Shown here: one piece after another, positions 1-8,314 of the stretch | Position numbering within the stretch: position 1 is the stretch's first letter | Layout of the letters: the number at the start of each line of letters is the position of its first letter | From: Clostridia bacterium DTU065 | Lineage (GTDB): Bacteria; Bacillota; DTU065 | Assembly: GCA_001512545.1 (NCBI GenBank) | Contig: LFSI01000087.1 | Span: forward strand, 22,242-86,241 | Length of the DNA: 64,000 nucleotides | Direction: 5' to 3' | Translations under genes and position numbers: made by a program | The notes under the pieces: model-generated | What the model was told of the DNA's origin: nothing | Seen by the model: the letters and a program-made list of their open reading frames with translations, nothing else | Database searches by the model: none

Positions 1-60
1 AAACAGTACCAGGAAAACTGCCAGAAGCCCCAACTCTTTTTTGCTCATAGATATGATCAT
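1..60 (-). CDS. 5' end of a gene running off the window: GGAGG, 9 nt, then ATG(58-60), encoding MIISMSKKELGLLAVFLVLF... (signal peptide or TM start). Partial, only about 20 codons visible
   Basis: Reverse-complement reading of 1-75 gives a Shine-Dalgarno sequence, ATG and a hydrophobic N-terminus. The gene continues beyond position 1. Confidence 0.25.
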   Translation of the reverse strand, partial: MIISMSKKELGLLAVFLVLF

Positions 61-183
61 CACTTTTCACCTCCATTATACCCCATGGGGGTATTTTTGA
101 AAACAGCTAGTTTCCTCCCTCCACTAAACTGTATTCGGTGCTTCCGCATTTTCTGCAGATTTCCGCGAATTCTCCTTACCCCA

Positions 184-218
184 TAAAAAAACGCCGCCCT
201 TATCGGGCAGCGTCTCGA
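184..218 (-). terminator. Rho-independent terminator downstream of nagB
   Basis: Hairpin acgccgccc/gggcagcgt at about 192-218, followed on the minus strand by a U-run (A7 at 184-190 on plus). Confidence 0.5.
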
Positions 219-224
219 AGAATA

Positions 225-956
225 CTATTTCTTGATTTTAGCTGCAGCTTCCTCATCCAAGAACAGGGTTACGTCGCGATGGAGCTGCAGGAGGCTTGCA
301 GGAAGATCCAGTGTGACTACGCCGTTTGTGGTGCCGTAGATGGCATCCTGCTTGCTCTTTCCGCTTGCAAGAAGAATGATCTCTTTAGATCTCAGGATGG
401 AACCTACACCCATGGTTACGGCGCGGGTTGGAACGTCTTCTTTCTTTTCGAAGAACCTGGCGTTGGCCTCGATTGTCGACTGGGCAAGGGCAACCAGGTG
501 GCTGTTTGCCTGCAGGCAGTTTGCCGGCTCGTTGAAGCCGATGTGTCCGTTGGTGCCGATGCCGAGAATCATCAGGTCGATTCCACCTACATCTGCGATA
601 GCCTTTTCGTAACGGAGGCACTCTTCGTTGGGATCTTCAGCAATACCGCTTAAAAAGTGGATGTTTTCCTTCTTGATGTTCACGTGGGAAAACAGATTGG
701 TTTCCATGAAGTAACGGTAGCTCTGGGGATGATCGCTATCAAGGCCGAGGTACTCGTCAAGGTTGAAGGTTCTAACCTTACTGAAGTCCAAACCCTCTTC
801 TTTGTGCAGCCTTACTAGCTCCTTGTACATACCCACTGGGGTTCCACCTGTGGGAAGGCCCAAAACAATATCCGGCTTAGCTTTAATAGCATCAGCTACA
901 TACTTTGCAGCTTCGATGCTCATCTCATCGTAAGTACTACTAATTACGTATTTCAA
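225..956 (-). CDS. nagB: Glucosamine-6-phosphate deaminase
   Basis: The translation LKYVISSTYDEMSIEAAKYVADAIKAKPDIVLGLPTGGTP...IGTNGHIGFNEP aligns along its length with B. subtilis and E. coli NagB. The start is TTG at 954-956 with GGAGAG 7 nt upstream. The ORF-track extension to 1715 is rejected. Confidence 0.85.
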   Translation of the reverse strand: MKYVISSTYDEMSIEAAKYVADAIKAKPDIVLGLPTGGTPVGMYKELVRLHKEEGLDFSKVRTFNLDEYLGLDSDHPQSYRYFMETNLFSHVNIKKENIHFLSGIAEDPNEECLRYEKAIADVGGIDLMILGIGTNGHIGFNEPANCLQANSHLVALAQSTIEANARFFEKKEDVPTRAVTMGVGSILRSKEIILLASGKSKQDAIYGTTNGVVTLDLPASLLQLHRDVTLFLDEEAAAKIKK

Positions 957-1160
957 GTCGACTCTCTCCTTTTTCGTGTTTCCAATCCTTGTTATTCTCC
1001 TAAGTAAGACCCACTTCCTGCAAATTGTGCAAATTGTGGCACCCTCACACCTGCTTGTCAGATCTGGATTGTCAGAAAAACTACTTAAATTCCATACCGC
1101 ACCACATAGGAAATTCATAATTATCGGAGAACACCTTTTCACAGAAGGGAGGTTCCACCG

Positions 1161-2300
1161 ATGGTCAAAGTTGGCTTGGAAATTCTTCTGGAAAATGAAC
1201 TGAGCACGGTGTCTGGCAAAAGAGTCGGTCTCATTACAACCCCTACAGGCGTAGACAGCAGGCTCAACTCCAACGTGGACCTGCTTTTGGAGCACGGAGT
1301 CCGCGTTACTGCTCTTTTCGGTCCGGAGCACGGGGTAAGGGGTGATGCTCAAGCAGGCGAGTCGGTCCAATCGGGCAAAGATCCGAAGACCGGACTGCCC
1401 GTCTACTCCCTCTACGGTCCGACCAAAAAGCCTACCAAAGAGATGCTCGACGATGTAGACGTTTTGATTTTTGACATGCAGGATGTGGGCTGCCGCTACT
1501 ACACCTTCCTGTACACTCTGGCGTATGCTCAAGAAGCTGCAGCTGAGATGGGCAAGGAGTTTGTGGTTTTGGATCGCCCGAACCCCCTGGGAGGACTGAC
1601 TGTAGAAGGAAACTTGGTTAAGGGAGACTTTACCTCGTTTGTAGGCGGCTATTCCCTGCCCATACGCTACGGGCTTACTATCGGCGAGTTCAGCCTTTAT
1701 CTTGAAAGATACCACGGAGTCGGGAAGAAGCCCAAAGTGATCATGCTCTCCGGTTGGAAGCGGGGAATGTACTTTGGCGAAACTGCCCTGCCTTGGGTGC
1801 TACCTTCGCCGAACATTCCCACCGTTGACACGGCTTTCGTGTACCCCGGGACTTGCCTTTTTGAAGGGACCAATCTCTCAGAAGGCAGGGGCACTACCAA
1901 GCCCTTTGAGATCATCGGCGCTCCGTGGCTCGACGGCTTTGCCCTTGCAGATAGGCTAAACAGCTTCGAACTTCCCGGCGTGATTTTCAGACCGGTGTTC
2001 TTCACCCCAACCTTCTCTAAACACCAGGGAACTGGCTGTCAGGGCGTCCAGCTGCACATCACAGATTACGACAACTTTGCGCCGGTTAGAACTGCCCTCT
2101 TCCTCTTATCAGAGGTCTTTAAATACCAGGAATCCCGTTTTCTTGAAACAAACGACCACTGCTTCTTCGATCTTCTTGCAGGAGACAAGAAAGTCAGAGA
2201 GAAGCTCACCGCCAAAGCAGGACCCCAAGAGATCTGGGAAGAGATGGAAAGCGAAAACAGGTCTTTTGTGGAAAAAGCCAAATCCATCCTGCTTTACTAA
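1161..2300 (+). CDS. namZ: DUF1343 (YbbC/NamZ-type) exo-beta-N-acetylmuramidase-like protein
   Basis: N-terminal GKRVGLITTPTGVD and the overall pattern are typical of DUF1343. RBS GGGAGG lies 9 nt before the ATG. It sits next to nagB and an AmiE-like hydrolase, as in the B. subtilis amiE-nagZ-ybbC recycling cluster. Confidence 0.75.
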   Translation: MVKVGLEILLENELSTVSGKRVGLITTPTGVDSRLNSNVDLLLEHGVRVTALFGPEHGVRGDAQAGESVQSGKDPKTGLPVYSLYGPTKKPTKEMLDDVDVLIFDMQDVGCRYYTFLYTLAYAQEAAAEMGKEFVVLDRPNPLGGLTVEGNLVKGDFTSFVGGYSLPIRYGLTIGEFSLYLERYHGVGKKPKVIMLSGWKRGMYFGETALPWVLPSPNIPTVDTAFVYPGTCLFEGTNLSEGRGTTKPFEIIGAPWLDGFALADRLNSFELPGVIFRPVFFTPTFSKHQGTGCQGVQLHITDYDNFAPVRTALFLLSEVFKYQESRFLETNDHCFFDLLAGDKKVREKLTAKAGPQEIWEEMESENRSFVEKAKSILLY

Positions 2301-2317
2301 ACTTGAGGAGATAGTTT

Positions 2318-3430
2318 ATGGAAAGTCTAGTTTACGCAGAGCCGGCATCTTTAGGCATCGATCCGGAAAAGTTCAAAGAAGCCGAAGCTGTGCTTAAAGA
2401 AGAAATTGAAAAGGGATCTGCTCCAGGTGCTGTTGCCCTGGTGCTCTACCAAAACAAGATCGCCTACCACTATGCTTTCGGAAAGAGGGCCTTAGTTCCC
2501 GAACCGGAAGAGATAACCCTTGACACCATTTACGACCTTGCCTCCATCACCAAATGCGTCGCCACCACAACTGCCTGCATGATGTTGATGGAGCAGGGCT
2601 TGATAGGTTTGGAAGACCCCATCGCCAAGTTCTTTCCAGATTTTGCAGGTAAGGAAGAGATCACCATCTTCCACCTGCTCACCCACACTTCCGGGCTTCC
2701 TGCTTGGCTGCCTTTGTATCAGGAGGCAAGAAGCAAAGAGGACTACAGAAAAGCTCTGGCTGAAAGCGATCTGGAACACCAGCCTGGGGCAAAAGTGGTT
2801 TACAGCTGTTTGGGTTTCATTCTCTTAGGCCTAATCCTGGAAAAGGTCGCAGGAGAAGAGTTGGACGCGTTTTTGCAAAAAGCGCTCTTTGATCCTTTGG
2901 GTATGGAAGACACGTGCTTCAATCCCAAGAAAAATTTCGGACCCGAAAAACTCCTGCGAGTTGCTCCCACAGAAGCTACCGAAGATAGGGGGCTTCTGCG
3001 AGGAGAAGTCCACGACGAAAACGCCTACTGCATCGGAGGTGTGAGCGGGAACGCCGGTCTCTTCTCCACAGCCGTGGATCTGGCAAAGTTTGCTTCCATG
3101 CTGCTTTCCGGCGGGGTGTTCCAAGGAAGAAAGATCCTTGAGCAAAAAACCATTGAGTTGATGACCCAAAACCATACCGCTCCAGTTACGCCCAATAGAG
3201 GCCTCGGATGGCTGAAGAAGAACCCGATCTCCAGCGGCGGCAGCCTCCTGACAGATGCAAGCTACGGCCACACCGGCTTTACAGGAACATCAATGTGGCT
3301 CGATCCCGTCCTTAACGTGGCCATCATCCTCCTAACCAACCAGGTCCATCCAAGTAGACACCAGGGCGGAGTGGCCAAGCTTAGATCGTCCTTTGCTGAT
3401 GCAGTTGTCTCGGCGCTGCCAAAACGCTAA
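2318..3430 (+). CDS. Beta-lactamase-fold serine hydrolase (AmiE-like MurNAc-peptide amidase / class C beta-lactamase family)
   Basis: SITK (SxxK) active-site motif and HTSGLP, about 370 aa. RBS GAGGAG. Context with namZ. Confidence 0.7.
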   Translation: MESLVYAEPASLGIDPEKFKEAEAVLKEEIEKGSAPGAVALVLYQNKIAYHYAFGKRALVPEPEEITLDTIYDLASITKCVATTTACMMLMEQGLIGLEDPIAKFFPDFAGKEEITIFHLLTHTSGLPAWLPLYQEARSKEDYRKALAESDLEHQPGAKVVYSCLGFILLGLILEKVAGEELDAFLQKALFDPLGMEDTCFNPKKNFGPEKLLRVAPTEATEDRGLLRGEVHDENAYCIGGVSGNAGLFSTAVDLAKFASMLLSGGVFQGRKILEQKTIELMTQNHTAPVTPNRGLGWLKKNPISSGGSLLTDASYGHTGFTGTSMWLDPVLNVAIILLTNQVHPSRHQGGVAKLRSSFADAVVSALPKR

Positions 3431-3433
3431 AGA

Positions 3434-3500
3434 AAGCAAAAGCACCCTTGCTGTTTCTCAAAGGTCTTTAAGGCCTTACGGGAAACTTGGGGTGCTTCTT
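3434..3500 (+). terminator. Hairpin plus T-run between the convergent amiE-like and trpB genes
   Basis: aagcaccc...ggggtgctt followed by tttttttt at about 3491-3500. Confidence 0.45.
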
Positions 3501-3504
3501 TTTT

Positions 3505-4698
3505 TTACTTATTCAAAAGCTCTGCAACCTGCATTACGTCTTTGTCCCCTCTTCCGGACAGGTTGACGATAATGATCTGATCTTTAGAAAGCTGCGGAGC
3601 CAACTTCATTGCATGGGCAACAGCGTGCGAGCTTTCAAGAGCGGGAATGATGCCCTCGGTTTTGCTGAGGAATTTGAATGCATCGAGAGCTTCCTGGTCG
3701 GTAACTACTGCATACTCTGCCCGACCGATTTCCTTGTAGTAGGAGTGTTCGGGACCAACTCCGGGATAGTCCAGGCCTGCGGCGATGGAGTACACCGGCA
3801 GGGGTTCGCCTGTCTCGTCCTCCAGGGAGTAGCATTTGAAGCCATGAATCTGGCCTTTTTTCCCTTTAGTTAAAGTCGCTGCGTGGTAGGGTGTGTCCAG
3901 ACCCTTTCCTCCGGGTTCTACCCCGATGAGCTTTACCTCTTTATCTTCAAAGAACGGTGCAAAGAGTCCGATGGCGTTGCTCCCACCGCCTACGCAGGCA
4001 ACGAGATAGTCAGGCAGACGGCCTTCGCGCTCTAGGATCTGCTCTCTGGCTTCTCTACCGATGACCGACTGGAAGTCTCTAACAATCATGGGATACGGAT
4101 AAGGACCTACCGCCGAACCGATCATGTAGTACGTTGTCTCGTAGTTGGCAACAAGGTCCATGAACGCTTCATCTACGGCCTCTTTCAGGGTTCTTTCACC
4201 AGACTTAACCGGAACCACTTTGGCGCCTAGAAGCTCCATGCGGAAGACGTTAAGCGCCTGGCGCTTGGTATCTTCTTCACCCATGTAGATGACGCACTCC
4301 ATATCGAAAAGAGCACAGGCTGTAGCGGTAGCAACACCGTGTTGACCGGCACCTGTCTCCGCGATAATTCGCTTTTTACCAAGCCTTTTTGCCAATAGGA
4401 CCTGACCGATGGTGTTGTTGATCTTATGTGCACCAGTGTGGTTCAGGTCTTCTCTTTTGAAGTAAACCTTCGCTCCTCCGAGCTTTTCGGAGAACTTCTC
4501 TGCGTAGTAGAGGACGCTGGGTCTGCCAACGTAGTCTCTAATGAGATCCTCAAACTCCTTCTGGAATTGGGGATCATCCTTGCACTCGAGGTAGCATTGG
4601 GCGATCTCATCTAGGACCTTCTGCACCTCGGCGGGCACAAAAGAACCTCCGAATTCACCGTAATAGCCCTTTTGGTCAGGTAACATCATAGTAGACAT
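3505..4698 (-). CDS. trpB: Tryptophan synthase beta chain (standalone)
   Basis: [17 protein letters not shown] and full-length TrpB similarity. No trpA or other trp genes are adjacent. Confidence 0.95.
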   Translation of the reverse strand: MSTMMLPDQKGYYGEFGGSFVPAEVQKVLDEIAQCYLECKDDPQFQKEFEDLIRDYVGRPSVLYYAEKFSEKLGGAKVYFKREDLNHTGAHKINNTIGQVLLAKRLGKKRIIAETGAGQHGVATATACALFDMECVIYMGEEDTKRQALNVFRMELLGAKVVPVKSGERTLKEAVDEAFMDLVANYETTYYMIGSAVGPYPYPMIVRDFQSVIGREAREQILEREGRLPDYLVACVGGGSNAIGLFAPFFEDKEVKLIGVEPGGKGLDTPYHAATLTKGKKGQIHGFKCYSLEDETGEPLPVYSIAAGLDYPGVGPEHSYYKEIGRAEYAVVTDQEALDAFKFLSKTEGIIPALESSHAVAHAMKLAPQLSKDQIIIVNLSGRGDKDVMQVAELLNK

Positions 4699-4704
4699 AA
4701 AAAA

Positions 4705-4728
4705 CCTCCTTGACTAGAGTCAAAGAGC
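4705..4728 (-). promoter_or_regulatory. Hairpin overlapping the trpB Shine-Dalgarno sequence (possible SD-sequestering structure)
   Basis: The minus strand reads cTTTGACTctAGTCAAGGAGGttttttATG. The 3' arm of the palindrome overlaps AAGG of the SD. Confidence 0.35.
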
Positions 4729-4748
4729 CATTAGTAACAATAAGTTCA

Positions 4749-4776
4749 CTCTGCTCAGCTAAACTCAGCTCGGCTC
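4749..4776 (-). promoter_or_regulatory. Array of six (G/U)AG triplets with 2-nt spacers in the trpB leader (TRAP-like binding site candidate)
   Basis: The minus strand reads GAGccGAGctGAGttTAGctGAGcaGAG, about 45-75 nt upstream of the trpB ATG. Confidence 0.35.
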
Positions 4777-4914
4777 GTCTTGACCCTGTGTAATGAAACT
4801 TAAAGTTAGGTATTCAACCGAATTTGTAAATCTCCTGCAATTATTTGGTTAACTTATGTTTTTTATGAATAGTATTCGTTTATCTTCTCAAAATAAGTCT
4901 AGGGAGGTGAGACT

Positions 4915-5970
4915 ATGCGCCGCCACTTACCGTTCTTTCTATTGTTAGCGCTTTTACTCCTAATTATTTGGGACATCCCCTTTGTTCCAAAGGAAATTTA
5001 CGAACCCCATCTGGAGAGCTTATATGCTGCCGACCATGAGGAAGAAAACGCGGTTCTTCCCGACGCCCAAACAGCGGACGTCAATCCCGCTGACAATCTC
5101 ATCGTCTCTCCGTTGCATCTGGCAAGCTTCTGCCCGTACTGCGAAGCAGAACCTATTATCAAGCCCGGTGACAGTTCAGATGACCTGCCTGGCATTCTGG
5201 AGTTTCTCAAGGATAGAGGCTACTACAAAGGCGAGCTGACGTCTCACTACACCGATGAGGCAGTGGCTGCCGTTAAAACCTTCCAGCTCGACAACAAGCT
5301 GACCGTCGACGGCATCATAGGCGCCCAGACCTGGCAGGCCATAGGCAGCTCTTTTGCCACTTTACCTATGGCAAAAGCCAAGCCCGAGACTGACAATCTT
5401 TCTATTTTCGTCGACCTCTGGCAGAGGCAGCTCACCGTTTTTGCAGACGGCGTGCCCTACAAGACCTATCCAATTGCCATAGGAAAAGCTTCCACTCCGA
5501 CCCCTGTAGGTCAGTGGAAAATCACCGGCAAGCTGTACATGGGCGGGGCTTTTGGTCCGCGGTTTCTCTCGTTGAATGTACCTTGGGGAAACTACGGAAT
5601 CCACGGCACAAACAGGCCCAATTCCATCAGCACAGCTGCAAGTGCAGGCTGCATCCGCATGTACAATCCGGACATTCTGGAGCTGTTCAGTTGGGTCAGC
5701 GTTGGCACTCCAGTAACGATCTACAACGGTCCCTATCCTAAAGCTTCTTTCGACAAACCCACCCTGCAGGTAGGATCGGTAGGGTCTGCAGTCTACGAAG
5801 TGCAGCAGGCACTGAAAGACATGGGCTACATCACCTTCAACCCCGACGGGGTTTTCGGCTCCGGTACCCAAAACGCAATAAAAAAGTTACAGGAAGATTA
5901 CAACCTTCCTGTAACTGGAGTGGTCTCGGGAAAGACCTACGATGTCTTGGGCTTATATGTCTTCGACTAG
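4915..5970 (+). CDS. L,D-transpeptidase (YkuD domain) flanked by peptidoglycan-binding domains
   Basis: N-terminal TM segment, PG_binding_1-like repeats (GIIGAQTWQAI, GVFGSGTQNAI), and the catalytic region HGTNRP...SAGCIRM. RBS GGGAGGTG. Confidence 0.85.
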   Translation: MRRHLPFFLLLALLLLIIWDIPFVPKEIYEPHLESLYAADHEEENAVLPDAQTADVNPADNLIVSPLHLASFCPYCEAEPIIKPGDSSDDLPGILEFLKDRGYYKGELTSHYTDEAVAAVKTFQLDNKLTVDGIIGAQTWQAIGSSFATLPMAKAKPETDNLSIFVDLWQRQLTVFADGVPYKTYPIAIGKASTPTPVGQWKITGKLYMGGAFGPRFLSLNVPWGNYGIHGTNRPNSISTAASAGCIRMYNPDILELFSWVSVGTPVTIYNGPYPKASFDKPTLQVGSVGSAVYEVQQALKDMGYITFNPDGVFGSGTQNAIKKLQEDYNLPVTGVVSGKTYDVLGLYVFD

Positions 5971-5982
5971 CCCTCTGTCTGT

Positions 5983-8199
5983 TCAGCTTTCTATATCTAC
6001 GAGCCGGCGATCTACTGTTTCTAGTAGGTCGCCTGCTTTTTCTCCTAGTAAATACAGCTCGTGCAGAGCTCGCGTGCAGGCAATATACAAAAGCTTCTTG
6101 TCGTCTGCGAAGGAGCCTAGGCAGGTCACAACAACCGCATCGAACTCCAGGCCTTTAGCCAAAAACACCGGTAGGACGATACCCCCGCTGGGGAGGATCT
6201 CCGTTTCCGCATCAACGACAGTCAGCTTCACTTCAAAGGCGCTGAGGCTCTCAGCGACCTCCTGAGCTTCTTTGTAAGTCTTGGTGATGACGGCAATGTT
6301 CTTATATGGCTTTTGGCCGAGATCTTGCAGGAGCGCTGCCAACCTTCGGGGATCCTGCTTTAGGATCACTAAAGGTTTTTTGCCTTTTCTCAGCACCGGC
6401 TCGATCTTCTTTTCCAGCCCCAATAGGGCTGCGGAGAAACTGGTGATCTCCACAGTGGACCTGTAGGTCTTCTGCAGGTTGATGGTGTTGGCCTTTTCGA
6501 TGCCGATGCTCTCTGCCACGTACTCTTCGGGATTGCCCCTCTCTAAAAGAGACTGATTGGTATCGCCGAGCACGGTGAAAGAAGCTTCGGAGAAAGCCTG
6601 AGCAATGACCTTCAGCTCTAACGCCGAATAATCCTGAACCTCATCGATCACCACATGTTTAATGTTATCTGCAAGAAAACTTCCCTCTAACCGCTGTTTG
6701 AGAAAGGCCAGAGCTGCAAGATCCTCTTTAAGCAGGCGCTTTTCTGCAAGGCAGCGGGCAGTGTAAGCCATAATCTCGCTTAAGCTCTCTATGGAACCTG
6801 CTCCTGCAAGTTTTTGGAAGAGGAGCGGATTTTGGAAGAGCTTTGCATACTCTTCAAACAGATCCAAGCTTACAAGCTTTGCGATGCGCTCCTTCAGTTC
6901 TACGCTGCTAGCCAAAGCTCTACGCTTTGCTTCCCTGCGCAGCCCAGCTTCGGACTTTTTCTGCAGGTTAGCTCTGAGAAGCCCTTTAAAGATCTCTTCC
7001 TCACGTCGTTTTTCCAGCGGCTCCAGAAGCGCGTGCAGTCTTCTTTCCAGCTTTTCCAGGCGCTTTTTAAACGGCAGGTAGGCGTACTTCTCCTTCACGC
7101 AGCTGTAGAACTCCTCACCTGTCAGTACCGTCTCGCCGTTGTACACAAAGTCGGGAACGTTTCTATACCGTTCTTCGAGGTATCTTGCATAGTTTTCCAA
7201 AACCTCGAGAAACTGCGGCGAGTTTTTGTAGACGACGGTGCGTTTTTTCACCGACTCTATATCGCTTTGGAATAAGCTCTCGTACTCCTCGAAGTCATGC
7301 TCCAGGCTATAGCCTTCGGGATTAACAATCCGTTTTGCCAGTCTGTAGAAGGTAGTCTGCTTGACGTTTTCTTCGCCTAGATTGGGAAGAACCTCCGAAA
7401 TGTAGTCCTGGAAGATGCTGCTGGGAGAAAAAATGACGATGTTGTTTGCACTGAGGCTTTCCCTCTTCTTGTAGAGAAGGTAGGCGATGCGGTGCAGGGC
7501 TATAGAAGTCTTGCCGCTTCCACCTGGCCCCCAGACCACAACCAAATCGTGCTTTTCATCGCGAATTGCCTGATTCTGCTCCTTCTGAATGGTCATGACG
7601 ATGTCTCTCATGCGTCCGTCTGTGGACTGGCTGAGAATCTCCTGCAGCATCTCGTCTTCGATGTTGATACTGCTGTCGAACATGTAGAGCATCTGGCTTT
7701 TTTCTATGCGGAACTGCCTTTTCAGGGTGATCTCGCCGTGAACCACACCGAGATCGCAAACATAGCTAGCTTCACCTAAAGGAAAGTCGTAGAAGAGACT
7801 TGCAATAGGCGTGCGCCAGTCATAGATCAGGTTCTGGTAAGTCTTGGGATGAATGAAGCCGTTGACGCCGATATAGATGGTCTCGGCGCTGCCGTTAAAC
7901 TTCACATCGATGCGGGCAAAATAAGGAGAGTTTTTGAGCCTTTCCAGCCGATTCTTCTCTTTGAGGTAGAACGCCAAACTCTCTTCCACTCTCTGCAGTT
8001 CCAAGAGCCCTTGTGCCAGTTCATTGGCATCTGTAGCGTCGCGCACAAGGCGTGGAGACTCCTCCCAGAGGTACTTCCTGACTGTCAGCACACGCTCCTT
8101 GCTTTTTGCAATGCGGTTTTCCAGATCAACCAGTTCGTCTTGAATAATACCTACAATCTTCTTCAGGTGTTTGATCTCTAGCTCCTTGGCACTACCCAC
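5983..8199 (-). CDS. helD: HelD-like DNA helicase IV (UvrD-like superfamily I helicase)
   Basis: Walker A GPGGSGKT, VIDEVQDYS, about 738 aa with an N-terminal coiled-coil region, as in HelD. Confidence 0.8.
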   Translation of the reverse strand: MGSAKELEIKHLKKIVGIIQDELVDLENRIAKSKERVLTVRKYLWEESPRLVRDATDANELAQGLLELQRVEESLAFYLKEKNRLERLKNSPYFARIDVKFNGSAETIYIGVNGFIHPKTYQNLIYDWRTPIASLFYDFPLGEASYVCDLGVVHGEITLKRQFRIEKSQMLYMFDSSINIEDEMLQEILSQSTDGRMRDIVMTIQKEQNQAIRDEKHDLVVVWGPGGSGKTSIALHRIAYLLYKKRESLSANNIVIFSPSSIFQDYISEVLPNLGEENVKQTTFYRLAKRIVNPEGYSLEHDFEEYESLFQSDIESVKKRTVVYKNSPQFLEVLENYARYLEERYRNVPDFVYNGETVLTGEEFYSCVKEKYAYLPFKKRLEKLERRLHALLEPLEKRREEEIFKGLLRANLQKKSEAGLRREAKRRALASSVELKERIAKLVSLDLFEEYAKLFQNPLLFQKLAGAGSIESLSEIMAYTARCLAEKRLLKEDLAALAFLKQRLEGSFLADNIKHVVIDEVQDYSALELKVIAQAFSEASFTVLGDTNQSLLERGNPEEYVAESIGIEKANTINLQKTYRSTVEITSFSAALLGLEKKIEPVLRKGKKPLVILKQDPRRLAALLQDLGQKPYKNIAVITKTYKEAQEVAESLSAFEVKLTVVDAETEILPSGGIVLPVFLAKGLEFDAVVVTCLGSFADDKKLLYIACTRALHELYLLGEKAGDLLETVDRRLVDIES

Positions 8200-8314
8200 A
8201 ACTATCCCTCCTCAGGCTGCTGCATCTCCCATATCCTATATATTATATCAAAATCTCAGTTTACTGTGCCCGCTTTTGCCAATTCTGCGATAACGGTACT
8301 TGACGTAAAAAAAC

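Noticed and set aside
138-653. Plus-strand ORFs (138-653, 340-612) and minus-strand ORF 385-621 inside the nagB region
   Set aside because: They are antisense to or out of frame with a full-length, well-aligned nagB. No RBS or homology.
957-1715. N-terminal 250-codon extension of the minus-strand ORF 225-1715
   Set aside because: It has no similarity to anything. It overlaps the namZ-like gene on the opposite strand. NagB alignment plus TTG/RBS places the start at 956.
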